A DNA stretch of 64,000 nt from Bacteroidota bacterium (GTDB taxonomy: Bacteria; Bacteroidota; Rhodothermia; Rhodothermales; Salinibacteraceae), in assembly GCA_009908945.1 (NCBI GenBank), contig JAAAOI010000197.1, forward strand, positions 891 through 64,890. Reading direction: 5' to 3'. Below the pieces are notes generated by a model that saw nothing but the letters and a program-made list of their open reading frames with translations, did no database searches and was not told the DNA's origin. Shown here one piece after another: positions 8,466-17,307 of this stretch. A program made the position numbers and the translations under genes. Each line of letters starts with the position of its first letter. Position 1 is the stretch's first letter.

Positions 8466-10142
8466 ATGCTTGTCACCATTTCAGCCATCGCCGGAGGGAT
8501 CGGGCTCTTTTTGCTGGGGATGATCCTCATGACGGAGGGGCTCAAAAGCGCTGCGGGCCAGACGTTTGAACGGGCGCTTCGGCGCTTCACGAAAACCCCG
8601 GGCACCGCCATCGCTTCAGGGGCGGGCATCACGGCGCTGGTGCAATCGTCGAGTGCCACAACGGTTACCACGATTGGCTTTGTGAGCGCAGGCCTGATGA
8701 CCTTTCCGCAAGCCCTCGGCGTCATTTTTGGCGCCAATTTGGGCTCTACCAGCACCGGTTGGATTGTGGGACTGCTCGGCCTGCAGCTTTCCATCGGCGT
8801 GATTGCGCAGCCCATGGTGGCCATTGGCGCCTTAATGCGCTTGCTTGGCCGGGGGCGCATGGCCGACGCCGGGCTGGCACTGGCCGGGTTCGGTCTTATC
8901 TTTGTAGGTATCGACGTACTGCAAGCCGGCACCGCCGAGCTGGCCACGCGCATCACGCCGGAGGATTTTCCGGAGGACACGTGGGGCGGGCGCCTGGTCT
9001 TGGTAGGGATCGGCACCGTCATGACCGTGCTGATGCAGTCCTCCAGCGCCGCCGTGGCTACTACCCTGACGGCGCTCTACAGTGGGGCCATCGGATTGGA
9101 GCAGGCGGCGGCGCTCGTTATTGGACAAAACCTCGGCACCACTGTGAAAGCTGCCATCGTGAGTATCGGCGCGTCCGTGCCTGCCAAGCGGACGGCCCTT
9201 GCGCACATCCTCTTTAATGCCCTCACCGCACTGATCGCGTTCGCCCTCTTACCGCTCTTTGCGTATCTGGTGGACGCGGCGCCAGGCCTTGCCCCAGGGG
9301 ACGCCGCACTGGTGATCGCGCTTTTCCATACCGTGTTTAACCTGCTGGGTATTGTGCTTTTCTTGCCTTTTCTGCATCCGTTTGCGCAGGCCATCGTGCG
9401 GCTTATTCCTGAGCAGGGTCCGGAACTGACCCGATACTTGGATGATAGCGTGACGGAGACACCATCGGTAGCCGCCGAGGCGGCGCGACGCACCGTCAAA
9501 GCCATTGCCACCGTTATCTTTGAGGAGGCAAGCGGCATCATCGACCATTCCGTCCATCACGCAAAACTGGAGCAACAGCTCTTTGGCGCGCGGCAAGCGC
9601 TGCGTGACACCCGGCGCTTTCTCTCCCAAACGCCTGGCCTCTCTTCTTCTGAGGAGGCGTATGTACAGCATGTATCGGCGCTGCACGCCCTGGAGCACCT
9701 GGAGCGCCTGGTGGCTGCCCTGGAGCAAGCCCGGCCTTTTCGCTCGGTGGGGTCTGCAGAGCAACTGGAGCGCTTGCGTAGCCTGGGATCCATGATCCTG
9801 CACGAACTACACGATGCGCTCGCGGAGGCGGACGATGAAGACTTGGCTGCCCTGGAGGCACTGCTTTCCCGTGTGGCGGAGAAGGCCACCGACATAGCTG
9901 CGGAACGGCGCTCCCTCCGGCCAGCTATTCTCGATACCCTGGCTGCGGGTCATCTCCCGCCCGATCGCGGCCTGCAGATCCTCGAGGCCGCCCGATGGCT
10001 CGACCGCGTCGCTTACCACGCCTGGCGCATCGCTCATCATCTTATCCAGGCAGACGCCGAAAGCGACCCGCGGACGGATGAGGAAGCACATGAGCATCGC
10101 CTGAACCGGGCGCGCGAGCACCACTCGCCGAACCACTCGTGA
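8466..10142 (+). CDS. Na+/phosphate cotransporter family protein with C-terminal PhoU-like helical domain
   Basis: The 558-aa ORF has duplicated 'GANLGSTSTGW' and 'GQNLGTTVKAA' motifs of the Na_Pi_cotrans family. An all-helical regulatory tail follows. Confidence 0.85.
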   Translation: MLVTISAIAGGIGLFLLGMILMTEGLKSAAGQTFERALRRFTKTPGTAIASGAGITALVQSSSATTVTTIGFVSAGLMTFPQALGVIFGANLGSTSTGWIVGLLGLQLSIGVIAQPMVAIGALMRLLGRGRMADAGLALAGFGLIFVGIDVLQAGTAELATRITPEDFPEDTWGGRLVLVGIGTVMTVLMQSSSAAVATTLTALYSGAIGLEQAAALVIGQNLGTTVKAAIVSIGASVPAKRTALAHILFNALTALIAFALLPLFAYLVDAAPGLAPGDAALVIALFHTVFNLLGIVLFLPFLHPFAQAIVRLIPEQGPELTRYLDDSVTETPSVAAEAARRTVKAIATVIFEEASGIIDHSVHHAKLEQQLFGARQALRDTRRFLSQTPGLSSSEEAYVQHVSALHALEHLERLVAALEQARPFRSVGSAEQLERLRSLGSMILHELHDALAEADDEDLAALEALLSRVAEKATDIAAERRSLRPAILDTLAAGHLPPDRGLQILEAARWLDRVAYHAWRIAHHLIQADAESDPRTDEEAHEHRLNRAREHHSPNHS

Positions 10143-10456
10143 TGCTCCCCCCTGCTTCAGCAGGTGCGCCCCCCACAGATTCACCAGGTGGCGTACTTCA
10201 ACCCGCGCCTTTGCCCAATACGTTCGGACGTTTTTGGCGTGTTCAAACAAAAGCGCTGGTCGGTCAGTTGGGGGTGTCACAGGGCTGTCACCCGTGGCCC
10301 ATATCATGGGTGGTGAACACAAGACCTTCCATCGCGGAAGTCGTCCATGTACGCCTCCTGGTGGATTCATGTACTGCACGTACGGACCGGGTGGCATCCT
10401 TTGGGGTGCCACGGACTCATGTCGAATCGCCAGGGGCTCATCACACAACAAAACAC

Positions 10457-10462
10457 AGGAGG
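10457..10462 (+). promoter_or_regulatory. Shine-Dalgarno sequence (AGGAGG) for ssb
   Basis: An AGGAGG lies 7 nt upstream of the ATG at 10470. Confidence 0.6.
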
Positions 10463-10469
10463 TGTTACG

Positions 10470-10961
10470 ATGGCACGAGGAGTAAACAAAGCAATCATCG
10501 TCGGAAATCTGGGGCAAGACCCCGAACTCCGCTACACGGGGAGTGGAACGGCCGTGTGCAACTTGAGCGTGGCTACCAACGAGTCGTACAAAGACTCCGA
10601 CGGACAGCTCGTGGAAAAGACCGAATGGCACCGGGTGGTCGCGTGGGCCCGCCTGGCCGAGATCTGTGGGGAGTACCTGCAGAAAGGCTCACAGGTGTAT
10701 TTCGAAGGCTCGCTTCAAACCCGCTCCTGGGAGGATCGTGACGGCAACACAAAGTACACCACGGAGATCAAGGCGCGTGACATGATGATACTCAGCGATC
10801 GGGGAGGCGCTGGGGGCGGGCGCGGTGGCCGAGATGGCTATAACCAGGGCCGCGGGAGCGACAACATGGATCAGCGACAGCCCCAACCGCAGCCGTCCGG
10901 AGGGCGTGGGCAGGCGAATAACGGCGACGAGTTCGCTCCGGATGACGATCTTCCGTTCTAA
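10470..10961 (+). CDS. ssb: Single-stranded DNA-binding protein
   Basis: This is an internal ATG of ORF 10347..10961. It gives [23 protein letters not shown] (OB fold), a Gly/Gln-rich linker and the canonical acidic tip DDDLPF. Confidence 0.95.
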   Translation: MARGVNKAIIVGNLGQDPELRYTGSGTAVCNLSVATNESYKDSDGQLVEKTEWHRVVAWARLAEICGEYLQKGSQVYFEGSLQTRSWEDRDGNTKYTTEIKARDMMILSDRGGAGGGRGGRDGYNQGRGSDNMDQRQPQPQPSGGRGQANNGDEFAPDDDLPF

Positions 10962-11000
10962 CGGCCCCCTCTATGTTCGCAGCGCCTTCGCTGATGCACA

Positions 11001-11031
11001 GGCGGCACCCTTCCCTGGGTGCCGCTTTTTT
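11001..11031 (+). terminator. Rho-independent terminator after ssb
   Basis: GGCGGCACCC-TTCCCT-GGGTGCCGC is followed by TTTTTT, about 40 nt after the ssb stop. Confidence 0.7.
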
Positions 11032-11227
11032 AATGCCCAACCGCAACGCTCCGCAGCAGCACCTTGGAAACGCCTCTTTCCGGCTATCGTTATATGACAG
11101 GCGGTACTTGTGGCGCGGCACATCCTGGCAAGGTTTTGGCAGATGCATTGTGCCGACGACACACGCGTGCGGACCGTGCACGCAACGAATTCCTACGCAT
11201 AACTGACGGTAATTTACCGTTTTTAGC

Positions 11228-12706
11228 TTGGACCCTGCCCATGCGCTTGCTTTACTTCTTTTGCAGTCGCCCCTCGGCGCACCGCCAGAGGCGCTCGGGC
11301 TAACCTTTGCGGCACAAGGGCTCCTTCTCGTGGTGTTGCTGCTGCTTTCCGCCGTATTCTCTGGGTCCGAGGTGGCGCTGTTTTCCATTCAAGGGAGCCT
11401 CCGCGAACAATTGTCAGATGCAGGTGATGCCGCGTCCGCCCGTATTCTACAGTTGCTGGAGGCCCCCCGGCAGCTCCTGATCACGATCCTGCTACTGAAC
11501 ACGGTGGTGAACGTCTCGGCCGCTATCCTCGCGGCGGTGATGGCCGCACAGGTCGCGCTGGCTTACAACCTCAACTACACGGCGATTCTGGTCGTGGAGG
11601 TTATCGTGCTGGCCTTCGTACTGCTCGTGATCAGCGAGATTACACCAAAACTGATTGCCACTCAACACGCCGTGGCCTACAGCCGCCGTATCTCCGGCGC
11701 AATGACCGTGCTTGTCCGTATGTTCTCTCCGCTGACCCGGCTCGTCGCAGGCTTCACGCAGCGCCTGCAACAGCGGTTTGCGCGGGCCACCGACGAGCGG
11801 CTCTCCCCTGAAGACCTCCGGGCGATTGCAGCGATTGGAGAGGCGCATGGCTCTATCGAAGAAGAGGAGCGAAACCTGATCGACTCCATCGTCGAGTTTG
11901 GAGAAACAACCGTTCGTGAGGTTATGGTGAGCCGGCTGGACGTCGTCGCGCTTCCGGTGACGTCTACGTTGGAAGAAGCCCTTGCCACCATTCGAGCGAG
12001 CGGGCATTCCCGGTTGCCGTTGTACGTTGACCACCTGGACAACATCCTGGGCATTGTCTATGCTAAGGATCTCCTCCCCTACCTCGACACCACGGAAAAT
12101 GGCTCGACGGCAGCCCTCAAAGATGCGCCCCCCCACAGCGCCAGCGCAACAGACGCCGCCGCAGCAGACGCCGATCAACCCGCGTCGGACACGTCCATCG
12201 ACTGGACGTCCATTGCCCGAGAGCCCATGTTTGTACCGCTCGGCCGAACCCTCGACGACGTCCTCACCGACTTTCAGACCAAGAAAACGCACATGGCGGT
12301 GGTGGTTGATGAGTACGGCGGAACGGCAGGCCTGCTAACGCTGGAGAATGTGCTGGAGGAGATCGTCGGCGATATCCGGGACGAGCACGACGATGAGGAG
12401 GACGAGACGCTCCTCACCCGCGTGGACCAGACCACCTACCAAGTCGATGCCCGCATCAACCTGGACACGCTCGGGGAGCACCTCGGTATAGCCCTGGACG
12501 AACACGATTTTGACTTTGAGACGCTGGGGGGGCTGGTGTACCATCTGGCCGGAGATATTCCGCAGGTGGATGACGAATACCAACATCGGCAACTGCGGCT
12601 GCGGGTGGATTCAGTAAATAACCGGCGCATCGGAGAGGTGCGCATCGACGTGCTTCCAGAGGTCGAAGTGGCGGCCACCTCGCCCCGCGAACCGCAGAAC
12701 GGCTAA
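11228..12706 (+). CDS. HlyC/CorC (CNNM) family transporter: DUF21 membrane domain, CBS pair and CorC_HlyC domain (GldE-like)
   Basis: The ORF is 492 aa. The N-terminus 'LSAVFSGSEVALFS' matches DUF21, and CBS regions and a C-terminal 'FETLGGLVYHLAGDIPQ' are present. An Ala/Asp-rich insertion splits the CBS pair. The track start is a TTG, so the true start is uncertain. The position directly after ssb mirrors the ssb-gldE arrangement of Bacteroidota. Confidence 0.8.
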   Translation: MDPAHALALLLLQSPLGAPPEALGLTFAAQGLLLVVLLLLSAVFSGSEVALFSIQGSLREQLSDAGDAASARILQLLEAPRQLLITILLLNTVVNVSAAILAAVMAAQVALAYNLNYTAILVVEVIVLAFVLLVISEITPKLIATQHAVAYSRRISGAMTVLVRMFSPLTRLVAGFTQRLQQRFARATDERLSPEDLRAIAAIGEAHGSIEEEERNLIDSIVEFGETTVREVMVSRLDVVALPVTSTLEEALATIRASGHSRLPLYVDHLDNILGIVYAKDLLPYLDTTENGSTAALKDAPPHSASATDAAAADADQPASDTSIDWTSIAREPMFVPLGRTLDDVLTDFQTKKTHMAVVVDEYGGTAGLLTLENVLEEIVGDIRDEHDDEEDETLLTRVDQTTYQVDARINLDTLGEHLGIALDEHDFDFETLGGLVYHLAGDIPQVDDEYQHRQLRLRVDSVNNRRIGEVRIDVLPEVEVAATSPREPQNG

Positions 12707-12848
12707 CGGGCCTGGAGGGGCAAGGCTGCCTGACGCCCTTCACTGGGCCTTGACTTTCGTCAGATTCTGAAGGTTATTGCAGCGTCCGCGTACCTGCCCT
12801 GCGGCTACGTGGCCCTTCCTTCTTCGCGTCACCTCACCTCTCTCAACT

Positions 12849-14222
12849 ATGGCAACAGATACCCTGCAACGCGGTCAGTGGGGCTCTCGCATCGGATTCA
12901 TTCTCGCAGCTGCCGGCTCGGCCATTGGGCTGGGCAACATCTGGCGTTTTCCTTATCTGGCGGGGGAAGGCGGAGGGGGCGCTTTCGTGCTTATCTATCT
13001 CGTGTGCGTGGTGGGGATCGGGATGCCGTACCTGTTTGCCGAGCTGGCCCTGGGCCGCAAAAGCCAGCGCAACCCGGTGGGGGCTATCATGTCACTGGTG
13101 GGGCCACGCTCGCTCTGGGTTATCGTGGGCGCCTTCTGCGTGCTCGCGGGATTCGTTATTCTCAGCTACTACAGCGTCATCGCAGGCTGGGCGGTGGGCT
13201 ACGCGGTGAAGGAGGTCATCGCCCCCGGCATGCCCTTTGGCGAGTTTGTCGCCTCCCCCACCCTTGTCATCGGGCTGCTGGCTGTCTTTCTGGCCCTCAC
13301 GCTTCTCGTGGTCGTCGGTGGTATTGAGCAGGGCATTGAGCGCTGGGCGAAAATCCTGCTGCCCGTACTGTTGGTCCTGATGATTCTCGTAATTCTCCGC
13401 TCGGTAACCCTGCCGGGCGCCGCAGAGGGTATCGCGTTTTTCCTGGTGCCCGACTTCTCTCAGGTGAGCCTGGACCTGGTGATCGTGGCCCTCGGGCAGG
13501 CTTTCTTTACCCTGAGCCTGGGCATGGGCGCGATGATTACCTATGGGTCGTACCTCGCCAAAAGTGAGGACATTGCCATTTCGGGGGGCTACGTGGTGAT
13601 CTTCAACACGGTGGTGGCCCTTATGGCCGGGTTCATGATCTTCCCTGCCTTGGCCGCCACCGGCGTGGATGCCTCCTCAGGCCCAGCCCTCGTCTTCCTG
13701 GCGCTCCCTGAGGTCTTTGCCCAGATGCCGCTCGGCGGGCTGGTCAGCGTCACGTTTTTCGTGCTGCTGTCCATCGCAGCCCTCACCTCCAGCATCTCGC
13801 TGCTGGAGGTCGTCGTCTCTTACTTTGTCGATGAAACTGCATGGAGCCGAAAGAAGTCGGTGCTGATCATCGGCGGCTTTGCCTTTCTGATGGCCATTCC
13901 CTCGGCGCTTTCGCAGGGGGCCGTGGCGGGCCTCAGCGACCTGAGCTATCTACTGGGTGACGGCGGGCTCTTCGGCGCTAATGACTTCCTCAGCCTGCTC
14001 GACGTGCTCGTGGGGAGCGTCGGTTTGGCGATAGGGGCCTTCTTCCTGAGCATCTTTATCGCCTGGGTCTGGGGTGCATCGGAAGCCGCCGAAGAGCTGC
14101 AGCAAGGGGGCAGCCTGCTAACCCCTGGGATGATCAAGGTCTGGGTCTTCATGATGAAGTACATCTTACCCCTCATCATCGCCATTATCATCGTCGGAAA
14201 TATCGCCGGGATCGATGTATAG
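12849..14222 (+). CDS. Sodium-dependent transporter, SNF (neurotransmitter:sodium symporter) family
   Basis: An internal ATG of ORF 12777..14222 gives MATDTLQRGQWGSRIGFILAAAGSAIGLGNIWRFPY, the hallmark NSS N-terminus. About 11-12 TM helices follow. Confidence 0.9.
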   Translation: MATDTLQRGQWGSRIGFILAAAGSAIGLGNIWRFPYLAGEGGGGAFVLIYLVCVVGIGMPYLFAELALGRKSQRNPVGAIMSLVGPRSLWVIVGAFCVLAGFVILSYYSVIAGWAVGYAVKEVIAPGMPFGEFVASPTLVIGLLAVFLALTLLVVVGGIEQGIERWAKILLPVLLVLMILVILRSVTLPGAAEGIAFFLVPDFSQVSLDLVIVALGQAFFTLSLGMGAMITYGSYLAKSEDIAISGGYVVIFNTVVALMAGFMIFPALAATGVDASSGPALVFLALPEVFAQMPLGGLVSVTFFVLLSIAALTSSISLLEVVVSYFVDETAWSRKKSVLIIGGFAFLMAIPSALSQGAVAGLSDLSYLLGDGGLFGANDFLSLLDVLVGSVGLAIGAFFLSIFIAWVWGASEAAEELQQGGSLLTPGMIKVWVFMMKYILPLIIAIIIVGNIAGIDV

Positions 14223-14781
14223 GCCGCTCCCCCATCGCACATACCATGGCGCAGGCCCTGTACCACCGGCAGGCCGGCAGCAAGGATGGGCAGCGGTGCT
14301 CTGCATGGTCTTTTTTGTCATGGTAGGCCTCCCGGATGCCCAAGCGGCGCCAAGGGAGAATCAGCAAGATCAGCCGTCGTATATGGCAGCGCAGGATTCC
14401 TCGCTGGCGAGCAGGGCACAGCTGTCGCCGCCGAGCGCGCCGGCCCTGCGGGCTGCGCTGCTCTACGGGCGCCGCACCGGCAGACCATCGAACCGCTACC
14501 TGCCTGCGCAAGAGCGCGCCGACCCGTGGGTTTCGTATGACAAGGTCCAGCATGTGACCTTCAGCGCCCTCTTTGCTGTAGGCGGACAGTATGGCCTGGA
14601 GAACAAGCTCAAGTGGGCACGGGGGAGCGCACTGCCTGTATCTACGGGGGCTGCCATGGCCATTGGCATAGGTAAAGAGCTGTACGACTGGCGGCTGGGG
14701 TCGCAGCGCTTTTTTAGCTACCGCGACATAGTAGCCAACGGATTCGGCGTGCTATTGGCTACCGGCTTCATCCTCCTCTAA
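14215..14781 (+). CDS. Hypothetical secreted/membrane protein (possibly YfiM/DUF2279-like)
   Basis: The 188-aa ORF overlaps the SNF stop by 8 nt. It has a signal-like segment AAVLCMVFFVMVGLPDAQA. The C-terminal 'DKVQHVTFSA...GKELYDW...SYRDIVANGFG' loosely recalls DUF2279. The family call is weak. Confidence 0.5.
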   Translation: MYRPLPHRTYHGAGPVPPAGRQQGWAAVLCMVFFVMVGLPDAQAAPRENQQDQPSYMAAQDSSLASRAQLSPPSAPALRAALLYGRRTGRPSNRYLPAQERADPWVSYDKVQHVTFSALFAVGGQYGLENKLKWARGSALPVSTGAAMAIGIGKELYDWRLGSQRFFSYRDIVANGFGVLLATGFILL

Positions 14782-14879
14782 AGCGATAGACGTGAACGAG
14801 CGAACGAACCGATGCGCTGCACGTTGCCACACTCTCTCCTGTTCATCATATTCAGCTTACCGCTGGCTCCCCATCGCGC

Positions 14880-16400
14880 ATGAGCTCTGTTAAAGATCAT
14901 TGCGGCATCTTCGGAATCTTTAATGCCTCCGATGCCGCGCGCCGGGCCTACTACGGCCTTCACGCCTTACAGCATCGCGGGCAGGAATCGGCCGGGATCG
15001 TCACCTCTACCTTCGACGAGCAGCGGGGGCAGCCGGTCATGCCTGTGTACAAGGACTTCGGGCTCGTGCTGGACGTGTTTGACGACAACTCGCTGTTTGA
15101 AGAGCGCCTCATGGGCGACTCCGCGATTGGCCACACCCGGTACTCTACCAGCGGCTCGGCCGATAACCGCATGAACATCCAGCCATTTGTGGTGCACTAC
15201 CACGATGGCAACATTGCCCTCGCGCACAACGGCAACCTGTCCAACGCCCGGGAAATTCGAAAGGCCTTCAGCGACCGCGGCACGCTCTTTCAGACCACCA
15301 GCGATAGTGAACTGATCCTTCACCTCATTGCGCAGTCGCGCCGGGAGCAACAGCTGGACCAGATCATCGACGCGCTGACGCAGATCGAAGGGGCGTTCTC
15401 GCTTGTGCTGCTAACCGATGATCGACTGATTGCCGTGCGCGACCCCAATGGCTTTCGGCCCCTGGCGCTCGGCCGCATCGACGACCCGCACCGCGAGGGC
15501 ACCACCTATTGCGTAGCCAGCGAAACCTGCGCTTTTGATATCTTAAATGCAGAATATGTGCGCGATGTGGCGCCGGGCGAGGTCCTCATCATCGACCGGG
15601 AAAGCGCCAAAACGGGCGACTTTACCAGCGTGCAGCTGGCCCAACGCCACGGCGTCAGCCAGTGCATTTTCGAGTACGTTTACTTCTCGCGCCCCGACTC
15701 CAAGATCTTCGGGGAAATGGTCGATAAGGTGCGGCGGAAAATTGGCAAGCAGATGGCGCACGAGTCACCCGTACCCTCCGTCCCCGAGGGGGAAAAGAAG
15801 CCCATTGTCATCTCCGTGCCCGACTCGTCCAATACTGCGGCGCTTGGCTTTACGACCGAGTGCCAGAAACTGGGCCACGAATGCCGCTACGAGATCGGGC
15901 TCATCCGCAATCACTACGTTGGGCGCACGTTCATCGCCCCCGGACAGGACCGCCGCGAGATGAAGGTTCGCAGCAAGTACAACACGGTGGAAGGCGTGCT
16001 GCGCGGCCGGACCGTCATCGTTGTGGACGACTCCATCGTACGCGGCACGACGGCACGGCAGCTCGTCCAGATGTTACAGGATGCCGGCGCAAAGGAGGTG
16101 CATCTGCGCATCGCCTCGCCGGCGGTCATCTCCCCCTGCTTCTATGGGATGGACTTCCCCAGCACCGACGAGTTGCTGGCCAACCAGTTTGACGACGTGC
16201 AGGAAATGACCAACTGGCTGGGCGTGACGTCGCTGGCGTACCTCTCCACCGATGGCTTGATGAAGGCAGTCCATGCAGCCAACGAAAGCGACCGAGGCTA
16301 TTGCAACGCCTGCTTTACAGCCAATTACCCCGTGCCCGTGGAGATGGGCGTGAAGAAGGAAGAGAACGAGTGGACGCAGTCTGCCAATGCGGGGTCGTAG
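14880..16400 (+). CDS. purF: Amidophosphoribosyltransferase
   Basis: The 506-aa ORF carries 'HCGIFGIF' (the Ntn Cys), 'LQHRGQESAGI', the PRTase motif 'VIVVDDSIVRGTT' and a C-terminal Cys cluster. Confidence 0.95.
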   Translation: MSSVKDHCGIFGIFNASDAARRAYYGLHALQHRGQESAGIVTSTFDEQRGQPVMPVYKDFGLVLDVFDDNSLFEERLMGDSAIGHTRYSTSGSADNRMNIQPFVVHYHDGNIALAHNGNLSNAREIRKAFSDRGTLFQTTSDSELILHLIAQSRREQQLDQIIDALTQIEGAFSLVLLTDDRLIAVRDPNGFRPLALGRIDDPHREGTTYCVASETCAFDILNAEYVRDVAPGEVLIIDRESAKTGDFTSVQLAQRHGVSQCIFEYVYFSRPDSKIFGEMVDKVRRKIGKQMAHESPVPSVPEGEKKPIVISVPDSSNTAALGFTTECQKLGHECRYEIGLIRNHYVGRTFIAPGQDRREMKVRSKYNTVEGVLRGRTVIVVDDSIVRGTTARQLVQMLQDAGAKEVHLRIASPAVISPCFYGMDFPSTDELLANQFDDVQEMTNWLGVTSLAYLSTDGLMKAVHAANESDRGYCNACFTANYPVPVEMGVKKEENEWTQSANAGS

Positions 16401-16415
16401 ACAGCGGGCGATGGA

Positions 16416-16814
16416 GTGCACCTGGCCCGCCGAAGTAAACTGCCCTCCTGGCTGCTGGTAGCGCTCGGCAGCGCGGTTGGAGGGGTTGGGCGATACGCCA
16501 TTTCCGTGCTGATGACCCGCGTGTTTGGCCCACGGTTTCCGTTTGGCACCCTGCTCGTCAACGGGTCCGGTGCCCCCGCCATCGGCGTATACATGGGCGC
16601 GCTGGCGCCCGACGCCGCAGCTGTCTTGCATCCACCTCCGCCGTTGGGCCTGACGTTCGGTGTGCCCGGAGCCTACACAACCTTTTCCTCATTCAGCCTT
16701 GAAACGCGCTACCTTACACACGATGAACGCTATCGAGCCGCGGCTGCATATGTAGGGTTGTCCGTCGCCCTGTGCGTGGGTGCGGCGGGACTCGGGTGGC
16801 ATGCTACTGGCTGA
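16416..16814 (+). CDS. crcB: Fluoride ion channel CrcB/Fluc
   Basis: The 132-aa ORF has a GTG start. It carries 'LLVALGSAVGGVGRY', 'FPFGTLLVNGSG' and 'GAYTTFSSFSLE'. It begins only 15 nt after the purF stop. Confidence 0.85.
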   Translation: MHLARRSKLPSWLLVALGSAVGGVGRYAISVLMTRVFGPRFPFGTLLVNGSGAPAIGVYMGALAPDAAAVLHPPPPLGLTFGVPGAYTTFSSFSLETRYLTHDERYRAAAAYVGLSVALCVGAAGLGWHATG

Positions 16815-17304
16815 CCCTCTTCACCCTGTAGCTTCTCATCATTTCATTGCAACAACGGATTATGGCCGAGGCCAAAGCCTGCTCTATGTCGCGCTCGGAA
16901 GCGCCGCCGGTGGTGGGTTGCGCCATGCGGTAGCGCTTTTCACCGGTGCGGCCCGGAGTGCGGCCTGGAGTGCGGCCTGGAGCTCGGCCTATCCAGTAGC
17001 GACGCGCTTCGTGAATGTCGCGGGCTCACCTACCATCCGGGGGATAGCAGGATGGCTCCGCAGCAGCACCCGGCGGCGGCGCTGGACGTGCGTGCATCTG
17101 CTGGGCATGACGGGGCTGTGCGGCGGGTCTACCACGTTTGCGGTTTTCAGTTCAGACACCTGGGCTGTGCTGGCCAGCGGTGCTTTCGGGACGGCGATGG
17201 GGTGCGTGAGCCTCTCCGTAGCCCTTAGCCTCACAGCCATCTGGGCTGGGGGTACCGGGGCTGCGCGGTACTTCCTGAGGCGGCGCTCCCCGCTGGCCAC
17301 CTGA
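16801..17304 (+). CDS. crcB: Second, divergent CrcB/Fluc paralog (probable heterodimer partner)
   Basis: This lies within ORF 16780..17304. Motifs are 'LYVALGSAAGGGLRH', 'YPVATRFVNVAGS' and 'GGSTTFAVFSSD'. It overlaps the end of the first crcB and contains an in-frame 3 x 12-bp repeat at 16955-16990. The start codon is uncertain. Confidence 0.7.
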   Translation: MLLADPLHPVASHHFIATTDYGRGQSLLYVALGSAAGGGLRHAVALFTGAARSAAWSAAWSSAYPVATRFVNVAGSPTIRGIAGWLRSSTRRRRWTCVHLLGMTGLCGGSTTFAVFSSDTWAVLASGAFGTAMGCVSLSVALSLTAIWAGGTGAARYFLRRRSPLAT

Positions 17305-17307
17305 TGC

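Noticed and set aside
9807-10631. A 274-aa minus-strand ORF bridging the 3' end of the Na/Pi transporter gene and the 5' end of ssb.
   Set aside because: It overlaps two well-supported plus-strand genes. It has no recognisable motifs, and it would remove the ssb promoter/RBS region.
16401-16415. A fluoride riboswitch upstream of crcB.
   Set aside because: Only 15 nt separate the purF stop from the crcB start, so there is no space for the ~60-nt crcB-motif RNA. An element inside the purF coding sequence cannot be excluded without a covariance-model scan.
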